A DNA stretch of 64,000 nucleotides from Giardia intestinalis (lineage: Eukaryota): NCBI GenBank assembly GCA_000002435.2, contig CM018793.1; one strand, given 5' to 3'. The translations under genes and the position numbers were made by a program. Shown in pieces: positions 11,291-22,535 of this stretch (the first letter of the stretch is position 1; each line of letters starts with the position of its first letter). The notes under the pieces are model-generated. The model saw nothing but the letters and a program-made list of their open reading frames with translations. It was not told where the DNA came from and made no database searches.

Positions 11291-14200
11291 CAGCAGATCC
11301 ATAAGGATCACAATGGCTTGAACACAAAGCAAATCCTATACCGCGAATGCAGGGGGCCCTTCATAATGAGTGCAGACTAGGGGCCTAGAGCCAAACGATA
11401 GAAGACAGTAGCTGACCGAGATAGTGACTCCTGTACGCATGAAAGCCCGATCTCCTTGTTATCCGTGTACGACTAATGCATCAAGTAGCCTCCAAACCCC
11501 TAGCCATTAGATTGGCTTATTTCGACTCAACATACGACGCTTTGGCGTTCCCCTTCGTTTCTGGTGCGTTGTGTCACCAAACACAGATACTTTCAAGGGC
11601 TTCTCTGGAGACTACATGTGGCCTTTATATCTATGGGGCCTGTTACGGCAAGCTTAAGAGATACTACGCAGAGTATCGCTTCCGTTGACAACCACCACAA
11701 TATGTAGTTGGTACTCAGCTCTAGTACGCACCGTCATCGAGAGGTACGAATTACTATAGTTTCAAGCAGAAACTTTGAGGCATCTTGCAGGCCTAGAAAG
11801 CTGCCATGATGTATCCAAAAAGATAGGCCGTCCAGGTAATGGGAAGAGACGCAAAGAGATAGAGGTAGACCAGAATGCGATAGAATCAGAGGATCTACCG
11901 GTTGGTGTCAGATTGCGTATGGCTGAAAACTATCTGACCCTCACAAGGTATCTTTCTCCAAATACAGGGTTGCATAAATCATCAGTCAGCTGCCCCCTGC
12001 ATAACAGGTATTAAGTTGCCTTCCGCAAAGTCAGGCCGTTAAAATTAGCAACGTATCTCCCTACTTGTATCTGTTTACAAGTAATTACCTTACGCCACGC
12101 ATGGCTGCTTACACAAATCTATTTGTGGAGCAGTATTTAGCACATTATCTTTTCATTAGGCGGGCTACATTGAAGAAACTGTCCTATTCATCCTAATGAG
12201 TTAAGCTAATCGTAATTGACCATAGGAGTGGCACCCTCCCACAGGCCCATGCTTCGTCTTGCATATTTTTTACTGGAGAAGTTCGTTTGCTGTTTGTACG
12301 ATCCCGGTCTTTATAGCCCTTGCAGCCAAACTCAATTGGATCCATGTCTGATTCTCTGCCCAGGTCTCCTCCCGTCCTCTCTACCCGATCTGCTACTGCA
12401 GTAACGCCTAAGAGACGGTGCTTAGTTCGTATGTTTGTCCAGGCCTTCTGACCACAGAAGTATACGGCGGTTGGAATATCGTTGTGCCAGTCTACAGTTC
12501 CACGAATGCCCGGCCCATAGCAGACTCATTGCGCCTGCTAGCACTGATAAGCGTTATGCACAGAAACTAAGCAGGGTCTGGGTGTAGTGTACGGTGAACA
12601 CTGTGCCAATTAGCCAGAAACAGGAAGCTTTCTCCCGTGCATCAAAGTGCAAAGACGACGCTCAAAAGATGCCATACTGCGTATTGCGAAGTGGGTCAAC
12701 ATGCGTTCCCGTGTTAGGGAAGTTGAATCAGTTGCTGGCCTAAGCCGAGTGTCCTGGTGAGAGCCGCATAGCTACCTACTGTGGAGTCATATGACTCTCT
12801 GTCCTGGCGAAGCAATTTGACTAGGCCTGAGGGTAGCAGAAGCCGTGGCTGAACGGGCTGCGGCACTTCCAGAAGTGCGTTCCTTGATGTTAGCTGCAGC
12901 GTAGCGTTCTAGATGACTATCGATGACACAATTATTACAGCTATTAACCGATATTCCGGCGCGCTCATTGTAATGCCTGTTTGACCATTGGTTGTAGGGT
13001 AGTCGAGCAGTTAGAGATCCTCTGAGTCATGTAACGGTTCGTGCTTGTCTAATGCAAGTTTGAATCAAGGATGCTCCCAGAATGCTCTAAATGATCTGAG
13101 ACCACAGAAGTTCCAGGGGAGCCCACTCTGCTGAGGATGCGCGCCCATCTAGCCCAGGGTGGAGAATGGACCGGCAATAACCCATCTGGCTGTCTACTGG
13201 TCGTGTACTGTTGGGTCACAAAAGATCATGTGGGAACTTTTAGCCGCAATGGCCAGAATATTGGCTCATCTACTGATCCAGACAGATAACGAAGGCCATG
13301 CACCTTCGGAATAATTAAAGCACATCTTCGAGCGGCCCAATGGCTCGCTGCTGTGATCCATGGCCCCAGACGTGGGAAGTGACACGCAACAGTGCAGAGT
13401 AACATAGCAGAATAGAAAGGACACGTCACTCCTGGGGCTGCACTAGCAATAGCATATATTACTAGGGTCAGTTAGCATTCTCACAGTCTCTGCTGCTATG
13501 CTATAGTATTGCTTTAAGGACGTAATCAAGGCTCAAGCGTAATGATTAATGTAGTCCGTCGTAGCGGTAAGAACAACGGGCCCTTGCTTAAGATCTTGCG
13601 TCCCTCAGCTTGTTCTTCCCTAGCATAGCACAGGCCACAGAGGATCCGATCCAGCTCCTCAGCAATAGCCATGGTGAGCTGCTGGCTTCTTCGAGGCCCC
13701 TTCCAACTCTGGCATATGCAACGCAGGCGCCAACAGGTGGCTCTGCCCAGGAAAATAGGCCGGGCGGAGTGTCTATGCACATTGGAGTGCGCGATTTTTT
13801 CCTAGACGCTCATTTTTCTGAATCGAAAGCAAGTCTTGTTACTGGCCAGACAATGACCTACCAAGATGGAAGCCCTGTTGCCACAATGATTAGACACAAA
13901 TTTTCCAATGAACCACACTGTGTATTGCGCGCAATGTGGTACCCTGAAAACCAATCTTCTTACGTAGTGACTATATTTAGCATGCCATAGCCTGGACAGA
14001 AGTTCCTAAAATTAAGCCGTACTATGCTGCAGATCAGTTTTGATACACGCTGATAGATGTTCTAGAGAGTCTGCCCAAGGCATCCTTCTATTAACAGACA
14101 ACACTATGGTTTGTGGATCCTTCCTTCGCCTCTTTCAGTCTAAGCATAACCTTAGTACAAAATCCCAGAGCTCTTTGCTCGATCGCTTGAGATGTCTCGA

Positions 14201-16567
14201 AGTGCCTAGACTTAAGAGAAGCATCTGCCAGCCCTGACGAGTATGGTTGTGCCCTTATTAGAATCGTCCGAAGTGCTCTTCTGTGGTCCCAAAAATGCGT
14301 TAGCATAAAGCAGCGTTCTCTTAACAGGTATCCAGTATGTGCCCACCCGACTATATTACGTGCACGCTAGTTTCGCAAATGGCTCCCTCTTATCTTTAAT
14401 ACCCGGCAGAGTATCCTCAACGATCTTTTCTAGGCCCTTGTAGTACGCATGCATATCCTTCTGATGTTGATGCGCACATGTCAGACCCAGGCCCCAAGAG
14501 ACCTGACGGCAGGCCGAGATTTGCTGCAGCGCGCCATCTTGTAGTCCCCGCTAGTCGTCGCTGGTGACATGCTGAACATACGCTGGAAGGCTGTGCAATG
14601 TAGCTTCTAACGCTGTTGCGGCCCAGCCTTTTCGGTGATTTCTCTGCGAGGGCCACTCCTCCTCTCGGTCTTCCGTGACCGAGATCGAGATCGAGAGTCA
14701 CTACCTATAGTGCCACGGAATTCAAGACGCGGATATCTCGACGGACAGTCTACTCTTCTAGTACCCGATCCATCTCCTTTCAAGGCGGATCTTTATCGAT
14801 GCAGAAGGTAGAAGGCTAGCTCTACTGATGCTTACATGCGGCCTTGCTGGACTGGCCGGTCCTACCGAGCAAGCGGACTCTGTGCAGAGACCCTTGCATA
14901 ACAGAGCATGCAGCGCAGAGAGGTGGGCAGGGACTCCAGTCCGGATCAGAAAAGTGGTTGGACGGGCACCACCGTGCCATCAGCAAGTGTAGACCCTTGG
15001 ATAGGGTGCTTCTTCTATACTCGCGGTCATAGTATTCCCTGCTTGAATGGCTGGGTTATCACCGTCGTCAGGCAAGTCGAGTACATCCAGTGTGACCGTG
15101 TATCTGAGCATGTATGCTTTCTCTTTGCTATTGTCCTTTGGACATACTTGGGCGGTCGCTAAGCTTTTGTCGAAGGCTAGAAGCCGCGGACGCGATCTAT
15201 TGTAAACGGTCTATCTGCGCGTCCCCGAACAAAAGCCAGATCACAGGGGCCAATAGGTGTGAACAGAGATCAAAGCTCTAGAGCCAAGTTCCTCTATGAG
15301 AGAATAGAAGCGGGCCTGCGCTCTTCACTCGGTCGAAGTAAATGGTGTCAGAATTTCTATCGGCAATATCATAGCCAGTAGCAGCCTCTTTTGTGTGGTT
15401 TTTGTCACGTGCCGAAGAATGCACAGGGACAGTGAACGGGCACCGTGGCAGTGCCCGTTGCTTCACAGAGATACCGAAGGGCACAGCAGCTAGTATCTCA
15501 AGCCAGGCTCTCAGAATGTGCAGAGATCCAGATGTCTCATCACTATATTCTTCTCTTTGGGGAGGTTCGGCACTTGCGGCAGAGCTACCCTGCTAGTTGC
15601 AGTATGGAGGCGATGCTCTCAATTATCGTGCTGCGTATGGCAAGGACCCCCGAGATGCTCTCAGAACCTAAAAGGTTCTCTTCTGTGCTTATAGGGAGCC
15701 AGCAGGCCTGAGTAGTGCCGCTTGCGATGTTCCTTATAGCCCCAACTGCTCTCTCCGTCGTGCGAGATAGGCAAACCGGCAGAGGAGCCTCTTCTTTTGA
15801 AATCTAGAACCATCGGGCAGCCTGTACTTGGTCATCGAAAGAGTACGGGGAATCTGATGCTGCACCGAGAACTCTTAAGCAACTGCACAGAGCCTGTCTC
15901 TGTTGCGAGTCTCCGGTAGCTGTGACCAGCATCGAGGTACTCAGCACACTCAATGGCTAGGCGAACACACCGCTTGGCCCGAAGCATCTGCACGATCGCG
16001 CCTCTGCCATCCAGATCCCAGGCTCTTCCTACAAAGCTCGAGAGCAGGCTTTAGATAGCATGCTCCTATCGCTAGTCCGGGATGTCATCTGCCCACAACA
16101 TACGAGGCTCGTCTCCTTCGAGTCCCCCGCTCTTGCAGCTGGCCTGGACAGACTAGAGGTCACCAGGGCAGCTCGCCGAGCCTGCTGTAACGCATAGCGC
16201 TAGAGGCAGGATGCTCTCCGTGCGTCGCCCGTCCGGCAACGGAGGCCGTCTTCGGCCTGCCTCGTCTTCTACGCGCCGGCGGACACTCAGCGGCGACGCG
16301 GGCCACCAGGGCGCTACGGCAAGGGCGTCCCCCCGCAGCAAGGGCCAGCAGGCAGAGGCCCGCGTCGTGAGGCGTATTCAGGAGAAGAGATCATCCTATG
16401 GCGGGACATGTGACTATATCATTTTCACGTGACAATGTCATCTTTTTTGTACCACCAAGGTTGCAGATCCATTAGTGCGTCTACTTTTTCTTTGTTAAGG
16501 CAAAACCTCATTGGCTCTTGAATTCCTTAGCGAATTTCCTTTTCACTTTGTATATTATTAACGCACA

Positions 16568-18367
16568 ATGACTATAGACTTTAGAACCATTAGGCTCCAG
16601 GAGGATAGAACCCGAGGCTTGCATATCAATGAGCGGTGTACATCTGCACTAGGATCTACTGTGACAGATGCTATCGAGGACCTTGAAGGCACAGAAATAA
16701 TACTTAAAAGCAGATACTTGCAAACACCACAAATGTCAACTACACATCGCACTGTCTTTCTTTCGTTGTTACTTAAGCTGCGGGAGGGCATTCGGTATAT
16801 CTTCAACATGTTTTCGTCATTTAAAAAGGAAACGTACCTAATTGGCATTCTTTTGCATACTCATGACGACGGTTTTATGATACTGCAAATTAACACGCAC
16901 GGAATTCTGGACATTCTTCTAGACGAACCCACAGAGCCCTCCACTTCTACAAAATACCTGGCCAAGTTAAAGAAGGCCCTCCTTCAGATTGAGAGCTTTC
17001 CGATGGTCAAGCTAACTATGATGGCTTCTCATACAAATAACATTTCAGTGCTTTTTCTCGGAGCGCTCTTGGGTCTTGAGGGTTTATACTATGATCAAGA
17101 AAATTTCTGTGTAACATCTATTGTTCAATACTACAATGATGCTGCTACCGTTCAGCAGAACCAGGCCAGTTCCCAAGACACCGGTACCTTAGGAGTTACC
17201 TTAAAAGGGATGAGCATGCAACAAACCATAACAGTATCTAAGAGTTTTCGCCTTCTGGTGCTCAGAGGGCCATTTATAAAACCTTATTACTCCATTAAAA
17301 TGGCGGTAGATGTAATACATAAATTGGTAGAGAAGTTCGAGGCGTCCGTTGTTCTCCTGACGGGTCCACTTTTGTTAGAGTACCCTTCCGACCCTACGGA
17401 CTATAACAGTAAGGAGCCCCATAGCCTAGCCCAACAGTACCTTTTGACCTTTCTTCTGGCCTTGCACATCTCCATGCTTGAAAACAGGTGTCATGCTATT
17501 TTGATTACAGATTGTAACTGCCTACTTGCCCCAGATTCATATTACCCTACTCTACCTCATAGTACAATGCTACCAGATACTACTTCACTTTACAAGACAA
17601 TATCGTTTGGCGGTGATCCCCTTTGCTTTTCTATTTGCGGCGTCAATCTTGCGTACTTCAGCAGTGCATTACTTGGATTTCAGTTTATTGAAAGTAGCTA
17701 TCTAAGTCGTCACAAAGAAGCCTTGCCGTCATCTCCACAACCTTCTCATAGTAAGCCTAGTGCGTCAAGTCCTCGTTCGCCTGAATGCCCGTTTGTATCC
17801 TCCTTACCAACTACCTCTCAGTCCAGTCCTTTTAAAAGAGTTACAGTCCCAGATTCGCCATCCCGCAATCTATCTAACGGCCCTCCCATTCTATCTAAAG
17901 TACCCCCTACACCGACACGCTCAGATGAGACCACCGATACACCCCGAACTATACTTCCAAATGAGAACCTCTTGGGTCTATGTGACAGTCTTATTGAAGG
18001 CAGAATACTTGCTCAATCCACTGACGCTGGTATCCTCGTAGGATTGGAACAAAAACGCCTTTTATACTATATCAACGCATCACTTGAGCTTCAAACATCA
18101 ATACCAGAGTTTCCTTCTTCGCGACCTTTGCTTCATTCTAGAACACCAAATGCGTGGTTGAACCCGGAGACAGACATAGTCATAACCACTCTACCAGCAT
18201 TCTCAGCACCCTTATTAGTGACGATATATGGAAAGCCCCGCATAATTGTTCCCCTATTGGAGAAGGATGGACAAGGAGCAGTCATTACGTTACGACAAGG
18301 AAATGGTACTATCGATAATTTGGCACACTGTGAAACCTACAGCTTTGCCATTAACTTTGCAGAATGA
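16568..18367 (+). CDS. Hypothetical protein (599 aa) with a Ser/Pro/Thr-rich low-complexity central region
   Basis: This is a long ORF in a gene-dense region. It has an A/T-rich 5' flank (tatattattaacgcacaATG). No recognisable domain is visible by eye, and the start codon is uncertain. Confidence 0.5.
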   Translation: MTIDFRTIRLQEDRTRGLHINERCTSALGSTVTDAIEDLEGTEIILKSRYLQTPQMSTTHRTVFLSLLLKLREGIRYIFNMFSSFKKETYLIGILLHTHDDGFMILQINTHGILDILLDEPTEPSTSTKYLAKLKKALLQIESFPMVKLTMMASHTNNISVLFLGALLGLEGLYYDQENFCVTSIVQYYNDAATVQQNQASSQDTGTLGVTLKGMSMQQTITVSKSFRLLVLRGPFIKPYYSIKMAVDVIHKLVEKFEASVVLLTGPLLLEYPSDPTDYNSKEPHSLAQQYLLTFLLALHISMLENRCHAILITDCNCLLAPDSYYPTLPHSTMLPDTTSLYKTISFGGDPLCFSICGVNLAYFSSALLGFQFIESSYLSRHKEALPSSPQPSHSKPSASSPRSPECPFVSSLPTTSQSSPFKRVTVPDSPSRNLSNGPPILSKVPPTPTRSDETTDTPRTILPNENLLGLCDSLIEGRILAQSTDAGILVGLEQKRLLYYINASLELQTSIPEFPSSRPLLHSRTPNAWLNPETDIVITTLPAFSAPLLVTIYGKPRIIVPLLEKDGQGAVITLRQGNGTIDNLAHCETYSFAINFAE

Positions 18368-18416
18368 CGTAGTCTAGTTGAAATGTATTCTATATAATTA
18401 ACATTGGAAATTATAA

Positions 18417-18863
18417 ATGACCGAGACAGCAGGTTCACGCGTCAGCACAAGACCACGGGGAAAGCGAGTTCGTCACCCACCTGGGTATAGATCCTCTACG
18501 ATTATCTCTTCTGAACTCGATACAGCGCCGCTTCAATCGCGCCCCTGGCTTGCAAGAATGGAGTATCTATACAAGCTGTCCCACCTGCTTCCGTTTCATT
18601 CACAGCACTATCTCAAGCGCATGCTAGGAATCGCGGCAATGACAACTCTTCGTTTAGACCCTTCAATTAAGGGTACTATATGTAAGAGATGTAAATACCT
18701 TCTGATCCCGCACCAGACTGCAACACTTAGCGTCTATCGCCGTGCCCCACAACTACAGTGTCTAAATTGCGGAGCGATGCGTATCCTTGCCCAAACTAAA
18801 AAATCTAAAGCTCTTCATGAAGCACATAGGTCTCCACAAAAATCTGGGACACAAGGCTTATGA
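18417..18863 (+). CDS. RNase P/MRP protein subunit Rpr2/Rpp21 homologue
   Basis: The segment MEYLYKLSHLL...HYLKRMLGIAAMTTLRLDPSIKGTICKRCKYLLIPHQTATLSVYRR...LQCLNCGAMR matches the Rpr2/Rpp21 family pattern. That pattern is an N-terminal helix, LRLDPxxKRxxCKxCxxLLIPG, and a second CxxC zinc-ribbon pair. Confidence 0.65.
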   Translation: MTETAGSRVSTRPRGKRVRHPPGYRSSTIISSELDTAPLQSRPWLARMEYLYKLSHLLPFHSQHYLKRMLGIAAMTTLRLDPSIKGTICKRCKYLLIPHQTATLSVYRRAPQLQCLNCGAMRILAQTKKSKALHEAHRSPQKSGTQGL

Positions 18864-20511
18864 GCATAGAGACGTGTATTCTAATAGGTCGTTTCCTTTA
18901 TGCATAGTCAGCAATGTCATTGACGCAAGTTTTGCTTGTACATTAAGCCTATTGCATGTGCTATCAACCCTCTCACAGATTTACTTTTGGCTCCTGGCTA
19001 CTACAGCTCTGTGTGCTTGCACCCATTACTCGCATTTTCCGACGGAGTTAGATGACAGTCAGACATCAGTGCACTTCAGTATGACCGAGACAGGTTTGTG
19101 CAAGTACATAGCCAGCGGATTTGATATTGCACCAATGGCTGCTCAGGGCGTCGCTGGAATGGAGATGGATCTCACCATAGGTGTAATTAAAGTCAAGGTA
19201 TCGGATTTGTCCGTGAATGAGCTATCAGTTGAGAGCTATAAAACCCCCCTCATTGAAAATGCAGATAGTCGCTATGTTGAGTTTACTGGAATTACCATTG
19301 AAATTCAGTTGAAAATCGCTGTTACTGTCTTGCTTGTCCCCATGGAGGCTGTGATCTCGATTGGGATACCGCGTGCGAACGGCTACGCTTCCGGCCAAGT
19401 TGATATCAGCAACACGTGTCCTTACCATATATCTATAGACATCACTAACACGAAGATTGATTTTGATGAGATCACTCTTCAAGTTGTTGATGGGGATTCA
19501 GGGCTGTTGGGGTCGTTCTTACCTGGCTTCAAGTCTCAGATAGAGTCGGTCTTGAAGGGCGACCAGATGTCTTCTACTATGGCACAGGCATTCAATGCGA
19601 TCAAAGATGGGATGGAGAGTAGTGCCGACTACATTATCAACTTCTATGAGGACTCGGCAAAGAAGAAGACGCTCGTTGATGTACGCTATACTGGGTTTCT
19701 TTGGGGTCGTAACTTAGTCACGTTGAAGGCAGGTGGATACACTTATCCGTTTCTTGATGCTGGTGCCGATGGCTCCACACAGATACATTATGAAGGACAA
19801 CGAGAGACAGCGACTATGCCAACACAACTAAATGACAAGGACTGGCAGTTTATCATTGATGTGTCCGCATTTAAGTCTAACCTGGACGTGAACAATCGAG
19901 AAGCAAAGCTTTACGATGTCCAGTTCCGGTCTGACGACCTTAAATCTGTTTTTGGTAAAGCGTCGGCACCGGGTCATCTGATGGTGGCCGTTACAAACAA
20001 CGCCTCTCCAACTGTGTTAAAGGTAGGGGGCGCGGGCCTCAAGTGCTCTTTTGACATCACCGCAAAGATGTGGATTACCAAGAGTGATACGGACATGGAG
20101 AAGCAAGAGGATATTGGGTCTGTGCACCTTGTTTTTAGTGGTCTGGCGGCAGTCGGAGCAGACCAGTATCTCTGGACGGAGACTCTGAACACTACCATAA
20201 TATATCCTTCCTTTGAACAAATAATAGACATTAAGGGAGAAGTGTTGGAGAACCACGCTTCGTTTACACCAGGGGATGAGTACTGGTATAAGGAGATAGG
20301 CTCTGCCCTGGAGGTGGATTATTTCGGTGCACTCCACCCTATTCTTAGAAGGACCGGTCTTACATGGACTAATTTGAATTTTGCTAATTTCTCCGGTGTC
20401 CAGATAGTGTACCTCCCCGAGACGCTGGTCCTTGTCAGTGGGGACTTCTTTGACACTGCTGCTTCTGCAAGTAGTAGGGGTCACAGACGGCAGCCCCTTT
20501 CTCTTCGCTAA
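18787..20511 (+). CDS. Hypothetical protein with an internal hydrophobic stretch (possible signal anchor). The annotated ORF start overlaps the Rpr2 gene by 77 nt in another frame, so the true start may be the ATG at 19081.
   Basis: This is a 574-aa ORF. A hydrophobic segment FACTLSLLHVLSTLSQIYFWLLATTALCAC sits at aa 49-78, followed by a long mixed beta-rich body. No in-frame Met lies between the Rpr2 stop and the hydrophobic segment. Confidence 0.5.
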   Translation: MPKLKNLKLFMKHIGLHKNLGHKAYEHRDVYSNRSFPLCIVSNVIDASFACTLSLLHVLSTLSQIYFWLLATTALCACTHYSHFPTELDDSQTSVHFSMTETGLCKYIASGFDIAPMAAQGVAGMEMDLTIGVIKVKVSDLSVNELSVESYKTPLIENADSRYVEFTGITIEIQLKIAVTVLLVPMEAVISIGIPRANGYASGQVDISNTCPYHISIDITNTKIDFDEITLQVVDGDSGLLGSFLPGFKSQIESVLKGDQMSSTMAQAFNAIKDGMESSADYIINFYEDSAKKKTLVDVRYTGFLWGRNLVTLKAGGYTYPFLDAGADGSTQIHYEGQRETATMPTQLNDKDWQFIIDVSAFKSNLDVNNREAKLYDVQFRSDDLKSVFGKASAPGHLMVAVTNNASPTVLKVGGAGLKCSFDITAKMWITKSDTDMEKQEDIGSVHLVFSGLAAVGADQYLWTETLNTTIIYPSFEQIIDIKGEVLENHASFTPGDEYWYKEIGSALEVDYFGALHPILRRTGLTWTNLNFANFSGVQIVYLPETLVLVSGDFFDTAASASSRGHRRQPLSLR

Positions 20512-20597
20512 TGTGTGAAAGACCACTGTGAGTGCAAACACTGCCTTTGATGTTCTGGCTTGTGTAAATATGTCTTCTATTAAGTACTACCACTTTA

Positions 20598-21110
20598 CTA
20601 GTCCCAAAATGCTCCTAGGGCTTTAGATTCTTTGAGAAATGTATCTTTCCACGTCATGACTCTCTTTAAGGAAATGTACTCTTGGCCTCCATGAGTAACA
20701 ATAGAAGGTGCTAGATAACGCTTAAAGTGGTCAACCATCTTGATAGTGGCTCGGTTCAAAAGAGTGAGCTCATAGTCAGTTGGCTGATACGGTAGGTTCT
20801 GGTCCACAGACTCTAAAGGAACCAAGGTCAAGCAAAGAGAGAATGGCAGCTCTGCCTTATTAAGCCGCTCTAACCCAGTGACAAACGTAATGCTAGGAGA
20901 ATACTCTGTCAGGTAACCAATCTTCTCGTAAAATCCATCAGCAGAAACAGCAACCTCGACGGCGCAACTGGTCAAGCTGGCAGGGGTAAATGTAAAAACG
21001 CTGATGTTTCCGAGGCCGAAGGAATTAGGAAACGAAAGAACATAGTTCCCTTCTGTGGTCTGCTGGAATTGGTCTGAGTACCCCAGATGACAAACAACGC
21101 AGCCAAACAT
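20598..21110 (-). CDS. Hypothetical protein (170 aa)
   Basis: This is an ORF between two confidently coding neighbours, with compact spacing. No domain was recognised. Confidence 0.4.
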   Translation of the reverse strand: MFGCVVCHLGYSDQFQQTTEGNYVLSFPNSFGLGNISVFTFTPASLTSCAVEVAVSADGFYEKIGYLTEYSPSITFVTGLERLNKAELPFSLCLTLVPLESVDQNLPYQPTDYELTLLNRATIKMVDHFKRYLAPSIVTHGGQEYISLKRVMTWKDTFLKESKALGAFWD

Positions 21111-21179
21111 GGCAGGTCCAGATCAATCTTTATTAATTTAAAATTTCTTTTTTGAGACAAAGACCACCCTCCCCGTTCT

Positions 21180-22340
21180 ATGATTGACATCCAGGCAAAG
21201 ATTCGACACCAGGCACTCAGCAACGCTGCCGCGCTCAAAGAGGTCGGGGAATTTGTTGAGCGTATCTCCAAGAAGGACGAGGAAGCCACACACGCTGCCG
21301 CCACATTTGATCCATCGACCGTTAAAGTGCCCCCCATCCGGTGCTATGAGATTCCACTTGAGGAAGAAAAATCGGGGCTGTACACCGCTGAAGAGTATAA
21401 GGCTGTTGGTAACAAGCTGTTTGGAGAGCGCAAGTTTGAGAAGGCATTGGACTACTACGAGTGTGCCGGACGCATAGACCCAGGTATGGCGGCTGCCTTT
21501 GGGAATGCAGGCCTCTGCTACCAAAAGCTTAAGCGCGAAGATGAGGCCCTTGCCTCCTTCTCACGAGCTATAGGGATAGACCCTCAATATACGAAGATAC
21601 TCGTAAGACGTGGACGTCTGTATCTAGATCGAGGAGACTACCAAGCCTCATACGCCGACCTGTCCTTGGCACTCACTCTCCTTCCTGAGAAGGGGCGACA
21701 GGAGGTGCAGCAGGACTTAGAGCTTGTTAAATCAAAGTTAGTACCGGTGACTACTGTCACTACTACCACTGTAGGAGCAGCCGATATATTTGCTACTCAA
21801 AACACAGCAAGCAGAGGGAAATCCATCGCCATAGACATGAGCTGTCTCGATGAGGCGGTCGAGTCAAAGTCTCCCATAGGCTCTCCGTCACGCCCAACAG
21901 CCGTTCGGTTACGAGATTGCAAGAGAAACATCCCTTCCAACAAAGCCAAGCCTTCCGTTCCTCCTCCACCAACTTCAGCATTTTCTTTGTATAGCGACGT
22001 GCTTCATCTAAGTGAGCACTTGGACGTCTTGGCAGAATATCTTAACTCCTTCCACAGTGCGGTATTAGAATCTTACCTGTCAAGCCAGTTGACTGATAAG
22101 GAAATCAAGAGCATCGTGGCTGCCATTGGCCTACACAAGCTTTCCGCAAAGAAAACCATCAATACCCTTTATGCACTGACTCGCTTACCAAATCTCTCCT
22201 TCCTAAGCCCCTTTTTGTCAGAGGAGATAAAAACGACCATGCGTGCTACTCTTGAGTGGGCATTGCATCAGATTCCAGAGGACCAGGCTGAAGTATATAA
22301 TGAGAGAAACGATGAGGTGCGCGAGGCCTTTTGTCTCTAG
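21180..22340 (+). CDS. TPR-repeat protein
   Basis: At least three consecutive tetratricopeptide repeats are present: AEEYKAVGNKLFGERKFEKALDYYECAGRIDP, AAAFGNAGLCYQKLKREDEALASFSRAIGIDP and YTKILVRRGRLYLDRGDYQASYADLSLALTLLP. Confidence 0.7.
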   Translation: MIDIQAKIRHQALSNAAALKEVGEFVERISKKDEEATHAAATFDPSTVKVPPIRCYEIPLEEEKSGLYTAEEYKAVGNKLFGERKFEKALDYYECAGRIDPGMAAAFGNAGLCYQKLKREDEALASFSRAIGIDPQYTKILVRRGRLYLDRGDYQASYADLSLALTLLPEKGRQEVQQDLELVKSKLVPVTTVTTTTVGAADIFATQNTASRGKSIAIDMSCLDEAVESKSPIGSPSRPTAVRLRDCKRNIPSNKAKPSVPPPPTSAFSLYSDVLHLSEHLDVLAEYLNSFHSAVLESYLSSQLTDKEIKSIVAAIGLHKLSAKKTINTLYALTRLPNLSFLSPFLSEEIKTTMRATLEWALHQIPEDQAEVYNERNDEVREAFCL

Positions 22341-22535
22341 TTGTACTCGTATCTGTGTCCTGAGAGGGACATAGATCGATCCCTGAAGCCGTGTAGGTGT
22401 AAGAACCTATAGCAGCACGTTCTAAAGTAAACAGCCAGGTTTTAAAAGCACCCACTATTTACAGTCCCCCCGAAGGATAGAAAAATGAAGTAAGATAGAA
22501 CTAGTCTCCCATCATAGCTGAGTTGAAGTTGAGAA

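Noticed and set aside
10976-14701. The longest ORFs in the gene desert are 10976-11380, 13610-13990 and 14417-14701.
   Set aside because: They are 94 to 134 aa with no motif and no A-rich initiator context. That length is consistent with chance at this base composition.
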